A DNA stretch of 63,999 nt, filler included, from Stramenopiles sp. TOSAG23-6 (taxonomy: Eukaryota): the NCBI GenBank assembly GCA_900128565.1. It is 14 parts of 14 records of this genome, joined end to end, with 100 filler letters (N's around TTAATTAATTAA, not from the genome) between each part and the next. Parts side by side here need not be neighbours in the genome. Positions count along the whole stretch, not along the records: positions 32,134 to 36,612 come from LT637156.1; positions 36,713 to 41,187 come from LT637157.1; positions 41,288 to 45,761 come from LT637158.1; positions 45,862 to 50,335 come from LT637159.1; 10 more parts are not named here. The stretch is one strand, 5' to 3'. Below are positions 33,688 to 46,674 of this stretch, in pieces. Position numbers and translations under genes: made by a program. The notes under the pieces are model-generated. The model was not told the origin of the DNA. It worked only from the letters and a program-made list of their open reading frames with translations, and searched no databases. Position 1 is the first letter of the stretch, and every line of letters begins with the position of its first letter.

Positions 33688-34136
33688 GGTAATAATAGAA
33701 GTAATTAGTATTGAATAATACTTTGATGACAATGCAAGCAGGTATTTACAGAATTTGCTGTACGATATCTAGGAGAAAGAAATTTATTGTTAATGCTTAT
33801 AAAAAAATCCTTTATCTTTGCTCTCTTCATATATCCTCGACAACAAAAAATCTCAAACCACCAACAGTGTCCACGATTTTTTTTGACATTTTTTTTTCGG
33901 ATTTAAATATTTGCTATTTTTTTACCTTCTAAAGTTTCAGTTTCGGTATCTTTTGCGGTACCGTACCCACGAAGATTTTTTTTCTAACGGTACAAATATA
34001 GTGAAGTAATTGTTCTGTGTAAAGGAAACAATTGTTTAATAGCAAGGGCTACAAAAATTTCCGTGTGAATTGACGAGTACATTTTAACCGTGTGAATTGA
34101 CGAGGGCATTTATATTCTACAGCAGCAAACTTCAGC

Positions 34137-34846
34137 ATGACAAAACTTATTACATTCCTTATCACGTTATTGGTACTTGGAAAATGCGAAGGAAAATACG
34201 ATAAAGGTGAGTATTTGGATTGTACTGCCGATATCGAATGTAAAGTCGAACTATACTGTAATAAATTTCCTGCCGTAGGGGGTGAAAGCTATTGTGCCAA
34301 ATCCTGTACGGAAGGTGGTAGCTGTTCTTCTACGGCATATTGTGATGTAGGTAAATGCGCAGCTAAAAAACAAACTGGGGGTATTTGCTCTAAATCAGAA
34401 GAATGTTCCACAGGTTTGAAATGTATCTTCTCCGAGTGTGGTTACGGTAAATCATTTGGGGAATACTGCTATTCAACAAATGACTGTGTCGCAAATTTGG
34501 TATGTAACAACTACAAGTGTGATTCCTCCTACTCCAATGGTGGTGACTACGGTCCTTACTACGGTGATGATTCTGGATCTACGTTCGAAAAAAACAAAGT
34601 ATTGTTTGTGGTGTTGATTGTGGTGGGGATTGTTTTTGTATTAGGTGGTACAGCTGTTGTCGTTTATTACCAGAGAAAACATCAATTAGCACAGCATAAT
34701 AATCCAAATTTTCGAAATGGCCATCCACCACCAGTACCAAACGGAATACCAGTTGTCGCCAGTGTAGTGAGTAACCCTCTAGGAGACAACAAAACACGAA
34801 TGCCAGTGGTCAAGACTGTTGCACATGCACATACAATCAACAATAA
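34137..34846 (+). CDS. Type I membrane protein with Cys-rich ectodomain repeats (3' end in gap)
   Basis: Signal peptide, G..C....EC..GL.C....C repeats, one TM. Confidence 0.7.
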
Positions 34847-35471
34847 NNNNNNNNNNNNNNNNNNNNNNNNNNNNNNNNNNNNNCCCTGTTACACAGGTTA
34901 TCCCAACTGCACCTGTGTATCCTACTTCGCATACTGTGTAGTATTTTGTATATGTTTCTATTTCACATGTTTTCGTGTACACCAAAATATAAAAGATGTT
35001 TGGTATTTTTACTCTTCATGATTTTGTAAAGCTCTTGAGTTCCGTTGTATGTAGAACACATTCTGCATTTGGTATATTACTGATTTTAGAAAACAGGTTA
35101 CATCTTCATTTGTTGTTTCATCAATTGCAACAGTTAATGTTGTTCAAGAAGGATGGATAAGGAAAACGCTTGAAGACACTCTTGTTTTTTCTCCATCGAT
35201 TTTGCATTTTTCAAAAATTTTACCACGATTCGAGATCGAGATCAGATGAATTCGAATTAATATGTGATAGAGTCATTTATAGCTATACGCAGTGTATTAT
35301 GCAGCTATGCTGAGTACCCAACTACCTACTAGCAGGCAAGCTAACTAGAGCCTGTGTAGGTACTGTAGACCTTACATTAACTAGAATACACGTAGTGTAG
35401 AAACGACTAAGTTTTGCGGTGGACTGCAAGTATTGATACTACCAATAGCGATAGGAATATTCAATTTTCTT

Positions 35472-36612
35472 ATGAAAAATCCTGAGGAATTATCTGACTC
35501 TGTAAAGTCAGCTCTCGGTAAAGATGACATCACTGCTCTAGAGAAAACAATAGTTGAAGTTTCTCTTCAAGCTCATAGCAGTGATTTCAGTAAAAGGTTC
35601 ATAAGTCACTGGGGCATTCAGCGTTTAATGCAAGTAAGTTTGAGGTATCCAGAAAACGTTCAGCTCACTGACGCTGTTGACAACATCTGTTCAACTTTGA
35701 AAGAAAAGTCGAAAAAGGGAGNNNNNNNNNNNNNNNNNNNNNNNNNNATGATAAGCGACTTCGGCTCCAAAGTCATGAATAGCCAAGAGCTGTCAGTTAG
35801 CATTAGTAGAATACTTCAGCCGAATTGGGAAAGTAACTTAAATGGCCAAGATTTCAACTTGTTTATAGAGAAATTACAATACTTTGCCGGAACGGATACA
35901 AATCAAAGAAATAATACTTTTAATATTCAAGGAAATATTGAACGTGATCCCGATAGTTTATTAATTAAAGTCACACAACTCTCAAGATCCTTTCGTGTAG
36001 GACATGAAATTCCTTCAATGATATTTCCATCATCTATTATGTTGTCAAGACTTTTGTATAATCTTCCAGATTCCACATTAAATGGTAAAAATATTAAAAA
36101 TGATGAATTCACAATGATACATAAAAATAAAGAATTTCAAGAAAAAATTGAAGAAAAACGACAAAAACGTGAAGAATTTCAAGAAAAAATTGAAGAAAAA
36201 CGACAAAAACGNNNNNNNNNNNNNNNNNNNNNNNNNNNNNNNNNNNNNNNNNNNNNNNNNNNNNNNNNNNNNNNNNNNNNNNNNNNNNNNNNNNNNNNNN
36301 NNNNNNNNNNNNNNNNNNNNNNNNNNNNNNNNNNNNNNNNATGTAAATGATATAAATGATGTAAATGATTTAAATGATTTAAATGATGTAAATGATGTAA
36401 ATGATGTAAATGATTTAAATGATGTAAATGATTCAAATGGTTTAAATGATTTAAATGGTTTAAATGACCAAACAAATACAGCAATGACTACAGCTCAAGT
36501 CAATTCTAGTCATCAACATCAACATACTATAGAAAATCTACAAAATACAACAAAAACTGACAACATTATAAAAAAAATTATAATGAAAAACCTATATAGG
36601 ATAGAGTTGCAC
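35472..36612 (+). CDS. Hypothetical protein with gaps and low-complexity repeats, possibly lysine-methyltransferase-like
   Basis: IFPSSIMLSRLL resembles the VWP.S..L motif; weak. Confidence 0.4.
36341..36467 (+). repeat. 9-bp tandem repeat (GATGTAAAT/GATTTAAAT)n
   Basis: Directly visible. Confidence 0.9.
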
Positions 36613-36806
36613 NNNNNNNNNNNNNNNNNNNNNNNNNNNNNNNNNNNNNNNNNNNNTTAATTAATTAANNNNNNNNNNNNNNNNNNNNNNNNNNNNNNNN
36701 NNNNNNNNNNNNTTTTGGAAAAATATTTCAAAAAAAATCGTTAGGTACAAAATTTCGTACGAAAAAAATAATTTTGATTTTTTCTAAAAAAAAAAATAAA
36801 ACATAC

Positions 36807-38023
36807 ATTAGAATCAGATATTTTACGTTTTTCACGTGAAGTGTCGTTTAGCCAGCGTAAAGCTTCATTGCGTGTATATTCTAACGAAGAATCGTCTAGA
36901 TTATAAACTGTGAAAAAATATTATATTTAATTTTTTGTTAGATACAAATTGTTTTTTGTTTTTGAAAAAAAAAATGAAAAAATTTTAAATTTTGAACGCA
37001 TACACTACTCATGATATTACTACTACTACTACTACTACTTGTTGCTGAATTTCTCGATTTTGGAGTTTGAGATGTTTCGTGGGATATATCTACTTTTTTT
37101 TTATGTATTTTATTATGTTTTGTAACTTGCTTGACCCACGAGTGTTCTAATAATCTGGTTGCTGTGAGACGAAATGTCGGCTCTTTTTGAAAGCATTCCT
37201 GTAAAAAATCTTGACACAAATCTGAAATTCCGTTTGGCATTGGAGGGTATTCATCTTGAACAATTCGGTATAATGCACGCATTGGTGCTAAATCAAAATA
37301 AGGGGGCTTTCCTGTAAGTAGCTCAATTAAAGTACAACCGAGACTCCAGATGTCGCATGAAGTCGTCAAACCTGACATCTGAACAATTTCTGGTGCCATC
37401 CAAAAAGGAGTGCCAACAACGTCAAGGTCATTTGATATCATATCCTTCGAACTCTTTGGATTATTATGCGAGGTATTTACTATACCACTAGTATCTTGGC
37501 CGATACTTTTTCTCAAAGAACCCTTTGATTTAGCGTCTCCGAGACTTGAAGCAACACCAAAATCGGCTAGTTTGACCACACCACTTTTTGTCGTCAAAAT
37601 GTTGGCTCCTTTTATATCTCTGTGGATCACACCTTGACTGTGTAAATATTCTAAACCTCTCATGACTTGTGTAATATACACCACAGCAAGTGTTTCCGTA
37701 AATGTACCAAATTGTTTGACAATGTCTGCTAGGGAACCGTTTTCGGCAAATTCAAGTATAATGTTTAAATGAGTTGGAGTCCGTACTGTACCGCGATACT
37801 CGACAATATTGGCGTGACTTAAATTTTTAAGTAAGTCGATTTCGCTCTCAGCACAAGCAAGCGAATCTGCTGATAAACCAGTGAGTGGAATTCGCTTAAT
37901 TGCACAAGCTTCTTTCGTTGTTGGATTTATACCCTTATAAACCATGCCAAATCCACCACGTCCTATACGTTCACCAACCTCCCAAGCACCAACGCGTGCA
38001 TCCATTGAAATTGCGTCGTCCAT
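36807..38023 (-). CDS. Cdc15/Cdc7/MAP3K-epsilon-like STE kinase, 5' part (exons 38023-37004, 36902-36807)
   Basis: GRGGFG, EFAENGSL, HRDIKGANILTTK, GTPFWMAPE, ALYRIVQD. Confidence 0.88.
36903..37003 (-). mobile_element. Introner-family intron, GT-AT
   Basis: Ends CACAGTTTAT; the CAG is out of phase and the AT end keeps frame. Confidence 0.65.
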
Positions 38024-38495
38024 GAGTATCTACTGTAAAATTCTAAATTTGGCAGTTTAAAATGATACAGTAGCGAACGATACTAAGTCTTGCAACAGAA
38101 AAAAATCGTGAAGAAGAGAAGAATTTTCAGAACAGAAGACCACAGACCAGGTCCTGAGAAGACCACTGCTACCAGAGTGTGATTAAAAGTTTGATGTTTG
38201 ACTTCGGACTTCTGGACGACTTTAGTTTACTTGAGCGTGATTATTTCGTGTCGCTCTGAATCGATGTTCCTGCGGTTCAGCTCTATTCTGGCTTTGGTAC
38301 GAATTTTTGTACTTAAAAATGATGATGCGTTGATTTTACCGGTTCTCCGTTCGAACTTCGAAGCGTGATATCAGTAAGTGTGGAAACACAAAGGGGAGAA
38401 ACTCAACAAGACATTCTTCGCGATTATTTAGTATTTGTTGCTTTATTATTACTTACACATTTTAATAATATCCAGTGGCTGTCTCATTATACGAA

Positions 38496-40376
38496 ATGAC
38501 AAATTTACCTGATCCTGTGATCAAACCAGAAGATCTTCCGAAAGGAAATGAAGACGTTCCTCCTCTTCAAAATTCGGAGGAGACAGAGAAGAATATTTCG
38601 CGGGAGTTTTTGGAATCGCTTTCAAAACGAGAACGGAACACGTTCCCTCTATTAGGTGTCGGGCAAGAAATTAAAGGAGAGCTTAATGATGAGGTTCTTG
38701 ATTTTTTGTTCGCTAACGGAAATCCAGGCCCAGTTTTGTCAGCAGATGTGTTGGATGTGGTTCTCGTTCTCCAGAAGTCCTATATCCGTAACGTGGCGAT
38801 AAAGAGTGGTATTAAAAAACTCAAAAATGTTTTAACGACGCTTAAAAATAGATATGCGGGTCGTCGTGGTTCATATAACAGAAATGATATGCTAGTGAAG
38901 CGAAAAGCAGAGAACTCTTTAGCATGTCTCTACGAAGGTAAATTCCCAGATGAAAAGGAGCAGCCTAATCTTCTTTCGTGCGAACAAGTTCTTAAGTTAT
39001 CTTCCTGTGGCCAAGATATTCCTGTATTCTCAACATTTATTGATAAGAATGTAATAAGAATTGAAGAAACCATAAATGTTTTTGACGATGTAGGAAGTTT
39101 ACAGAAGAAGGAGAGTGAGGTAAATTGGCAAAACACCAATGTTGCCAAGAACTCTAACTCTCGTGCCAAGGATTCCAAGATTCCTGTCATGGTTAAGGCC
39201 ACCGAGGCAAATCCTGCGCTTGTCGGAGTTCAGCAACAAAATCATATGAATATTAATATTACAGATTTGCGTGATCCTCCTGCAAGAAACGCTACCCAAA
39301 CTGTGGATGGGTCGTGGTTACCGAATATGCAAGCACCACCTGCATCAATACCACCTGCACGTCCTTCTAAACGTGGTGGTGTTCGATGGAATAAAGTTGA
39401 GGATGAAAAGCTTCGTCTATCTATTGTTGATTATGGTGTAAAACATTGGAAGAATGATGGTAAAGGTTCTGAAGATGGATCTAAGGCGACTACGCTGAAG
39501 GACGCAGAAGCTATCGCATTCGAAGGAATGAAAAACATTCGTGAAATGGGAAAACGTTGCGGAGCTATCAAATGGTCAATTATTGCGCAGCACCTTCCAG
39601 GTCGTAGTGGAAAGCAATGTCGTGAAAGGTGGATGAATCATCTGGATCCTACTTTGAGCAAAGGAAAGTTCACCGAAGCCGAAGACACCATTATCATTTC
39701 TGAGCAAAGACTTCGAGGTAATCGTTGGAGCGAAATAGTCAAGGCACTCCCAGGAAGATCCGAAAATGCTATTAAAAACAGATGGAATGCAATTGTCCGG
39801 AAGCACAACAACGATCATCAGAACAAACAAAAAACTAAAGCTCAGGCGCTTCCTAACCCCCGAAGTTCTAAATTTATCAATAAGTATGTTCCTCCACCTC
39901 AATTCTCCAGTTTCAAGCCGATGCAAGGATTCAATCCTATGGCTCCTCAAAATTTTAATGCGTTGACACAACCACCAAATTTTAGTAATTTAGCCGCTCA
40001 AAACTTTAATACTCAAAATTTTAATCCTCAAAGCTTTAATGCTGCACTGAGTCAGAACTATGCTGCTATGAACCAAAATTATAATTTATTAAATGCGTCC
40101 TTGGTTCAACAACAAGCTTTAGCTTTGAAGAATATAAATGCTGCAAATACTCAGAATGCTCAGACTCATTGGGGTGGAACAGGAATGCATTATTATCCTA
40201 AAGCTGCTGAAAAGGTGAATAAAAAGCGTAAAGTTGCTGGGTCAGCTACTGCTGCTCTGTCTGATAGTCAGAAGAGATCTTTGCTTCTCATTCACGGTGC
40301 TGAAAATAATAACGCAGCTGCTGGAGGAACTTCTGTTTTGATGCCTCGTGGTGTGAGAGGAAATTTGCAGTCTTAA
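38496..40376 (+). CDS. R2R3-type Myb transcription factor
   Basis: GRSGKQCRERWMNHLDP, GNRWSEIVKALPGRSENAIKNRWN; intronless. Confidence 0.88.
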   Translation: MTNLPDPVIKPEDLPKGNEDVPPLQNSEETEKNISREFLESLSKRERNTFPLLGVGQEIKGELNDEVLDFLFANGNPGPVLSADVLDVVLVLQKSYIRNVAIKSGIKKLKNVLTTLKNRYAGRRGSYNRNDMLVKRKAENSLACLYEGKFPDEKEQPNLLSCEQVLKLSSCGQDIPVFSTFIDKNVIRIEETINVFDDVGSLQKKESEVNWQNTNVAKNSNSRAKDSKIPVMVKATEANPALVGVQQQNHMNINITDLRDPPARNATQTVDGSWLPNMQAPPASIPPARPSKRGGVRWNKVEDEKLRLSIVDYGVKHWKNDGKGSEDGSKATTLKDAEAIAFEGMKNIREMGKRCGAIKWSIIAQHLPGRSGKQCRERWMNHLDPTLSKGKFTEAEDTIIISEQRLRGNRWSEIVKALPGRSENAIKNRWNAIVRKHNNDHQNKQKTKAQALPNPRSSKFINKYVPPPQFSSFKPMQGFNPMAPQNFNALTQPPNFSNLAAQNFNTQNFNPQSFNAALSQNYAAMNQNYNLLNASLVQQQALALKNINAANTQNAQTHWGGTGMHYYPKAAEKVNKKRKVAGSATAALSDSQKRSLLLIHGAENNNAAAGGTSVLMPRGVRGNLQS

Positions 40377-40653
40377 ATTCAACACAGACTCTACCTAACC
40401 ACAGATATAAGATTTAAGATTTACTATTCACATAAAATTTAATGGTGTTGAATTTAATTTTTTAAATATTTTAATAATTATTATAGGATACCCGGTAACT
40501 AGGAAATTTCTCACAGTTATTTTGCAGGCACAGGCGGTCTTTTTTACAGTTGAACTTTGTTTTTCTGATTTATTCTGTATCAAAGAAAAAGAATGAAATC
40601 ATTATGCTATCCCTTTTAAGATATTTCATATTTCTGTAAAATATACAAAATAA

Positions 40654-41107
40654 ATGTCTAGTATTACCAATACATCAACATTTAGTAGTGAAAAGAAAAG
40701 TATGAAACAAGGAATCAGCCGTCGTCGTTCGAGCAGCATCGCTCCGGATTCTTTCACTGTTGAAACAATTATCCTCACTATAGTACTCAGTTTATTCTAC
40801 ATATTCATTCAGATAGCTCTTCCAATATATCAATTCAGTAATGATCAGTGTAATGCCACTTTGAATGCTAAAAATATTCCTTACACTGCACCTACTGCTT
40901 GTGTTAGTCGCACTAGCTACAAAGATGGTAGTGCTTTTGGTTTCAGTGATTTTCTGTCAAACGATCACAAAATAGGTATTGAAGATGTAGCTGAAGCCTT
41001 AATGAAATGGCCCTTACACATAAAAGCACCAGATGATATGGCGCGTATGGGTAGCAAAGCAGCTCATAAATTGGAAAGATTCAAAAATCGTTTTGCTCTA
41101 CGAGGTG
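40654..41107 (+). CDS. Membrane-anchored hypothetical protein, first exon
   Basis: TM helix; followed by a family intron at 41108. Confidence 0.55.
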
Positions 41108-41287
41108 GTATGTTTTTTTTTTTTTTAATTTCGAATTTTTTTTTTATAGTAAATTTTGTACCTAACGATTTTTTTTGAAATATTTTTNNNNNNNNNNNNN
41201 NNNNNNNNNNNNNNNNNNNNNNNNNNNNNNNTTAATTAATTAANNNNNNNNNNNNNNNNNNNNNNNNNNNNNNNNNNNNNNNNNNNN

Positions 41288-41756
41288 TTGCCTTTATTGC
41301 CATACCAAGAGAACCATCCGCAAATGTCACCGACAAAAGCTGCTTTGGGTTTTCTTTAATTTGTGCCCTCGCTTGAACTAATCTATTTCGTCCGGCAATC
41401 CCAATATGTCGACGGAATGTCATTTCATAGGGAACATTTCCTTTAGTTAACTTTGACAATGACTTCATGATAACCTCGGGAGGGAAGTTTTCCACACTTT
41501 TATCGTTAATTCTGAGAAGGTCGTCGCATTTTAAAACTCCCTGTCTTTGAAGTTGACCCATTGGTTTTATGCGTGAAACCCAGGTACCACCACCTTCAGA
41601 TGATGGACAAGCCGCAATAGCCGCACCTAATGACTCAGCAGGATTACAAATTACAGTGAAACACTTTTGAGTTTCGTTTTCAGACTTTTCGACCGGTACT
41701 TTTGTTCCAAGTCCAATCTTTCCGTTGGAAGTTGCTGGTGCTCTGGCAAAACTCAT
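41288..41756 (-). CDS. PDZ-domain protein, 5' fragment
   Basis: SLGAAI...VSRIKP.G...GVLKCDDLLRIND; second PDZ starts at GSLGM. Confidence 0.75.
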
Positions 41757-42100
41757 TTTAACGCGAAGCTAATCTACAAATAAAAAGTAGTATTATATTA
41801 ATGAAAACGTTTACTAAACATTTATGTGCTCTGGTATACAAACATTGTACATGTTTCGATAGTTTTATGAAGTTTTGCTGGTTGTCTATATGAACTTTTT
41901 TTTGGGTATGCGGTCCACTTGGGCACTACTGCCGCTACTGCTCTTCAAAACAGTTACTAGCCCTAACCCTAATTAATCGTAATCGAAGAGTCAGTCAAGT
42001 GCTACGTATTCCTTACTATTCCCATTTACGGTACGCATACTCAGTAAAACTATACTTATTACGAGCACTACATTGCCATATTGTTAGATTGAGAGCCACA

Positions 42101-44309
42101 ATGCCAAAACGTGGTACTAAAAGAAAGAAAGAATTAGACCCTGCAGTTGAGTTGCACCGCAGCCTTCGGAGAGAGCTATGTAATGCTTCAAAGTTTAGTA
42201 ATGCCGAAGCAGCTATTGCAGTTTTTGAGCGTGCCAGTGCTGAAAATATCAAGCTTGATACTTCCATGTACCAAATGATATTGAATGTAATAACCAAATC
42301 ATACAGCGATGCCATTGAATCTAGTACCGAACCTGTTAAGACATCTGAAGAACTTGAAAATTTATTCGAAAAGAGGCGAACCCAAGCCTTAGCTGTGTGG
42401 AGGCACATGGAAAAACGGTCTATGACTGGACCCCCCGAGGCTTGTTTTTACGCCCTCATTAAGTTAATGGCATTGAGTGGCACTGTTATTGGATTTGACG
42501 AATCCCTTAAATATCTGGTTGAAATGGAGTCAGGTATTTGTTCAGATCCTACTTCTATCCCAGAAAAGCAACATAGATTTGCCCATCCAGCTCGACTTCG
42601 TACTCTCACTCCTATGATTGAAGCTTTAAGCATGCTTGTGCAAAACAGAGACTCTGCAAAAGACGAAGCCTTATCTCTATACACTCGTTTCAGTACACTT
42701 GATCTTGATCCGTCTGAAAGTGTGTTCTATTCGATGTTGAAGATTTGCTGTGAACTTTCGGATAAAGAAGATAAATCTCCGATTTTTGACGGTGTAAAAC
42801 AAGGAAGCATTGGCTGTCTTGGTCACGGTGTACTTTTAGATATGAAAGAAATAGTCGCTACTCCGAGTGCTAAGACGTGTAATATTATTTTTCGTTGGTT
42901 TAAGACGGTAGCTGCAAAATATGGAAGTTTTCAGGCTATGGCGCGTGCTGATGCTTCCTGTGCTAGTGCTGGAAGTACTGCAATGGCAAATGCGACGTCA
43001 ACAAAATCTGATACTTTAGATGATTCTTTTGTCAAAGGTGACTCACACAAATGGATAGTTTGTGAAACGAGTGTAGATACCAAAGGAATATGTGCAACTA
43101 CAAATGCTCAACTTGAATTAGTACAATTATCCTCTGCTGAATTAATCGCCTTACGTAATCAAGTTGATGGTCTTGTATGTGTACGTTTTTTTCCTAAAAC
43201 CNTTTTTTTTTTTTTTTTNTACCAAATTTTGTACCTAACATTTTTTTTACAAAAAAAAAAAAAATTTTCCAAAATACATACTTCTGAAGAACGTACTAAA
43301 CAATATAAAAGCTTTCTTGAATTTTGTAAGAAAAATGGCCCATATGACATTTGTGTTGATGGTGCAAATGTTGGCTATCATCATCAATCACAAACTAAAA
43401 TCCGTAATGGTGCTGGGTATGCATATGACCAAGTTGAACTTGTTTGTCGACATTATGAATCCTTAGGGAAAAAAGTTCTTGTATGTTTTCACTAAAACCC
43501 TAACCCTTAACAAATAATTTCAATTTTGTTTTTTTGGTTCTTGTTTGTTTTCAGTAAAACCCTAACCCTTAACAAATAATTTCAATTTTTTTTTTTTGGT
43601 AGAAAATTTCGTACCTAACGAATTTCAAACTTGTACACATATTTTACTACAATACTTCTCGTATTACACAAAAAATATTTTAAATCTCGGGGTGGACGAC
43701 CACCTATGGTTCCTTCAACTCTGAAAACAAGTTGGAATGTATGTTTTATTTTTTTTTTAAACAAAAAAATCGATTTTTTTTTTTGGTTTTCGTACGAAAT
43801 TTTGTACCTAACGATTTTTTTTTTTAATATTTTTCTAAAATACATGAACGTAAAATACTGTATACTCTTCAACCGCATAATAATGATGACTGGTATTGGT
43901 TAGCTGCAGCTGTTCGCGGATCGGTTAATGCGACTGTAATTAGTAATGATCAGATGAGAGATCATGTACGTTTTCATGATGAATTTCATTTTTTTTTTTT
44001 TTTTTGGTTTTCATACGAAATTCTGTACCTAACGATTTTTTTTCTACAATATGTTTCACAATATATCACTTTGGGATGTTACGCCCTCGACATTTCTTAA
44101 AGTGGAAAGCTGCGCATTGTACTAACTATGATTTTACACTTAATGAATATGGTGCTAAGGCTCCAATACTAAAGGAACCCGGTACCTTTTCTATCCATAT
44201 GCAACGAAATATTACCAATGATACAAGTGGGAAAAACAAAATTGAAGTTTGGCACATTCCTGTCGCAGAAACTCCAGGGAAGTGGTATTGTATCTATCGG
44301 AAAATTTGA
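42101..44309 (+). CDS. PRORP: Protein-only RNase P (PPR-like + NYN); exons 42101-43180, 43280-43480, 43658-43738, 43846-43965, 44067-44309
   Basis: RLRTLTP, VDGANVG, NDDWYWL, SNDQMRDH|HF, WHIP motifs; basic NLS-like N-terminus. Confidence 0.9.
43181..43279 (+). mobile_element. Introner-family intron, GT-AT (3n, stop-free; alternative donor at 43175)
   Basis: Consensus motifs; phase 0. Confidence 0.75.
43481..43657 (+). mobile_element. Introner-family intron, GT-TT, with internal duplication and telomeric motif
   Basis: CTT|GT...CTT|; KKVL|LVLH. Confidence 0.8.
43739..43845 (+). mobile_element. Introner-family intron, GT-AT
   Basis: SWN|ERKILYT leads into NDDWYW. Confidence 0.85.
43966..44066 (+). 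mobile_element. Introner-family intron, GT-AT
   Basis: Restores MRDH|HFGML. Confidence 0.85.
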
Positions 44310-44665
44310 CTTTTATTTATACCTCTATATCTTATATAAATCTGAATTAACTATTACTATCAACTACAAGTAGTATGTGATCTGAGATCAATCTGAATGT
44401 TTTCATTGTACTCAAAAAACTTTTCTTCTCTTTATAATTGAATAATAACCCTAACCCTATAAGCTATCGGCGATATTTTGCAGGTCAAACACGTGTCAGA
44501 TCGAGATCGATCAACTTTTTACTCTCGCGAGTCGCGAGAAGGTCATGTGTTCCTTATAGTAGCTCAGCTTATTATAGTATAAAAAGCGAGCAACTGTATT
44601 TCAAAAACTTGTGGTTTACCTTTTTTCATTGCCTGTATAGATCTCAAAATCTCAATATCCTCAAT

Positions 44666-45529
44666 ATGTCTGTTGGAGTTTACATTCGCCGTCCAGTATA
44701 TTTTCAATCCTTCATCAAACAGTTACCAATCTTTGGAAACGCCACATTTAGTACTTCAACTACACGAGATATCACTTTATACCAGTATAAAATATGTCCT
44801 TTCTGTAATAAAGTAAAGTCTCTCCTAGACTATGCTAGTGTACCATACCAAACAGTTGAAGTAGATCCTCTGAGTAAAGGTGAATTAAAGTTCTCAAAGG
44901 ACTATAAAAAGGTTCCGATTGCCCGTATTGGGAACGAAATTGTTACCGAATCTGGTACAATTATGAAAAAAATCATTGAAAGTGAAGCACTCCAAGAGAA
45001 AATGTCTACGACTTCTTCCGATTTTTTGAGTCCCAGTGCACACAAGTGGGCCGAATGGGCTGATAAAGAACTTGCTGTCCTGCTCTATCCTAATTTAGTG
45101 CGTAGTTTAAGTGAATCTCGTGATGCACTTAAGTATGTATATTCTGTACCAAACTTCACTTTAACCCAGAAGATTTTGAGTCATAATATAGGAAGTTTTG
45201 CAATGTGGCTTGCTAGTGGGAAGTTGAAAAAAAAGTATGGCATTGTTGATGAGCGACGCTCGTTATATGATGCCTTAGATATCTGGGAAAAGTCAGCCCT
45301 CCAAAATAAACAGTTTGCAGGTGGCGACTTACCAAATTTAGGCGATGTTGCAGTATTTGGAGTCATTCGATCATTAGAAGGTTTATCCCTTCATACAGAG
45401 TTATTACAGAGCTCAAAGCGAACAGAATTGTCTAATTGGTATACTGAAATGAAGAGTAAAGTAGGGAAATCTATGGAAAATGTTATTGAGAATCCAACAG
45501 TGACAACCGAAATATCTGAAAATAAATGA
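44666..45529 (+). CDS. PTGES2: Microsomal prostaglandin E synthase 2-like (glutaredoxin/GST fold)
   Basis: LYQYKICPFCNKVK, YKKVPI, PNLGDVAVFG. Confidence 0.9.
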   Translation: MSVGVYIRRPVYFQSFIKQLPIFGNATFSTSTTRDITLYQYKICPFCNKVKSLLDYASVPYQTVEVDPLSKGELKFSKDYKKVPIARIGNEIVTESGTIMKKIIESEALQEKMSTTSSDFLSPSAHKWAEWADKELAVLLYPNLVRSLSESRDALKYVYSVPNFTLTQKILSHNIGSFAMWLASGKLKKKYGIVDERRSLYDALDIWEKSALQNKQFAGGDLPNLGDVAVFGVIRSLEGLSLHTELLQSSKRTELSNWYTEMKSKVGKSMENVIENPTVTTEISENK

Positions 45530-45861
45530 TGAAAAAAAATTTGTAGTTTCTCTATATATTTTCGCAACAAGTCGATAACATTATTATTTCAATGGTGTTT
45601 TCAAAAACATTTTATTTCATGTAATTTTAATTTTTCAATATGTGCAAGTTATATACACGCTGCGTATTATATTGTACGCCTTAGATACAGATTAGTTGAA
45701 TTAATCAGTAAATTTATAATTTTTTTTTCATATGAGAACATCAGATCCAGAACTGCCGCTCNNNNNNNNNNNNNNNNNNNNNNNNNNNNNNNNNNNNNNN
45801 NNNNNTTAATTAATTAANNNNNNNNNNNNNNNNNNNNNNNNNNNNNNNNNNNNNNNNNNNN

Positions 45862-46330
45862 TTGCCTTTATTGCCATACCAAGAGAACCATCCGCAAATG
45901 TCACCGACAAAAGCTGCTTTGGGTTTTCTTTAATTTGTGCCCTCGCTTGAACTAATCTATTTCGTCCGGCAATCCCAATATGTCGACGGAATGTCATTTC
46001 ATAGGGAACATTTCCTTTAGTTAACTTTGACAATGACTTCATGATAACCTCGGGAGGGAAGTTTTCCACACTTTTATCGTTAATTCTGAGAAGGTCGTCG
46101 CATTTTAAAACTCCCTGTCTTTGAAGTTGACCCATTGGTTTTATGCGTGAAACCCAGGTACCACCACCTTCAGATGATGGACAAGCCGCAATAGCCGCAC
46201 CTAATGACTCAGCAGGATTACAAATTACAGTGAAACACTTTTGAGTTTCGTTTTCAGACTTTTCGACCGGTACTTTTGTTCCAAGTCCAATCTTTCCGTT
46301 GGAAGTTGCTGGTGCTCTGGCAAAACTCAT
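45862..46330 (-). CDS. PDZ-domain protein fragment (redundant contig copy 2)
   Basis: Same as 41288-41756. Confidence 0.75.
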
Positions 46331-46674
46331 TTTAACGCGAAGCTAATCTACAAATAAAAAGTAGTATTATATTAATGAAAACGTTTACTAAACATTTATG
46401 TGCTCTGGTATACAAACATTGTACATGTTTCGATAGTTTTATGAAGTTTTGCTGGTTGTCTATATGAACTTTTTTTTGGGTATGCGGTCCACTTGGGCAC
46501 TACTGCCGCTACTGCTCTTCAAAACAGTTACTAGCCCTAACCCTAATTAATCGTAATCGAAGAGTCAGTCAAGTGCTACGTATTCCTTACTATTCCCATT
46601 TACGGTACGCATACTCAGTAAAACTATACTTATTACGAGCACTACATTGCCATATTGTTAGATTGAGAGCCACA

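Noticed and set aside
38296-38316. GTACGAATTTTTGTAC-like motif upstream of the Myb gene
   Set aside because: No CTAAC, donor or 3' module; cannot be called a family copy.
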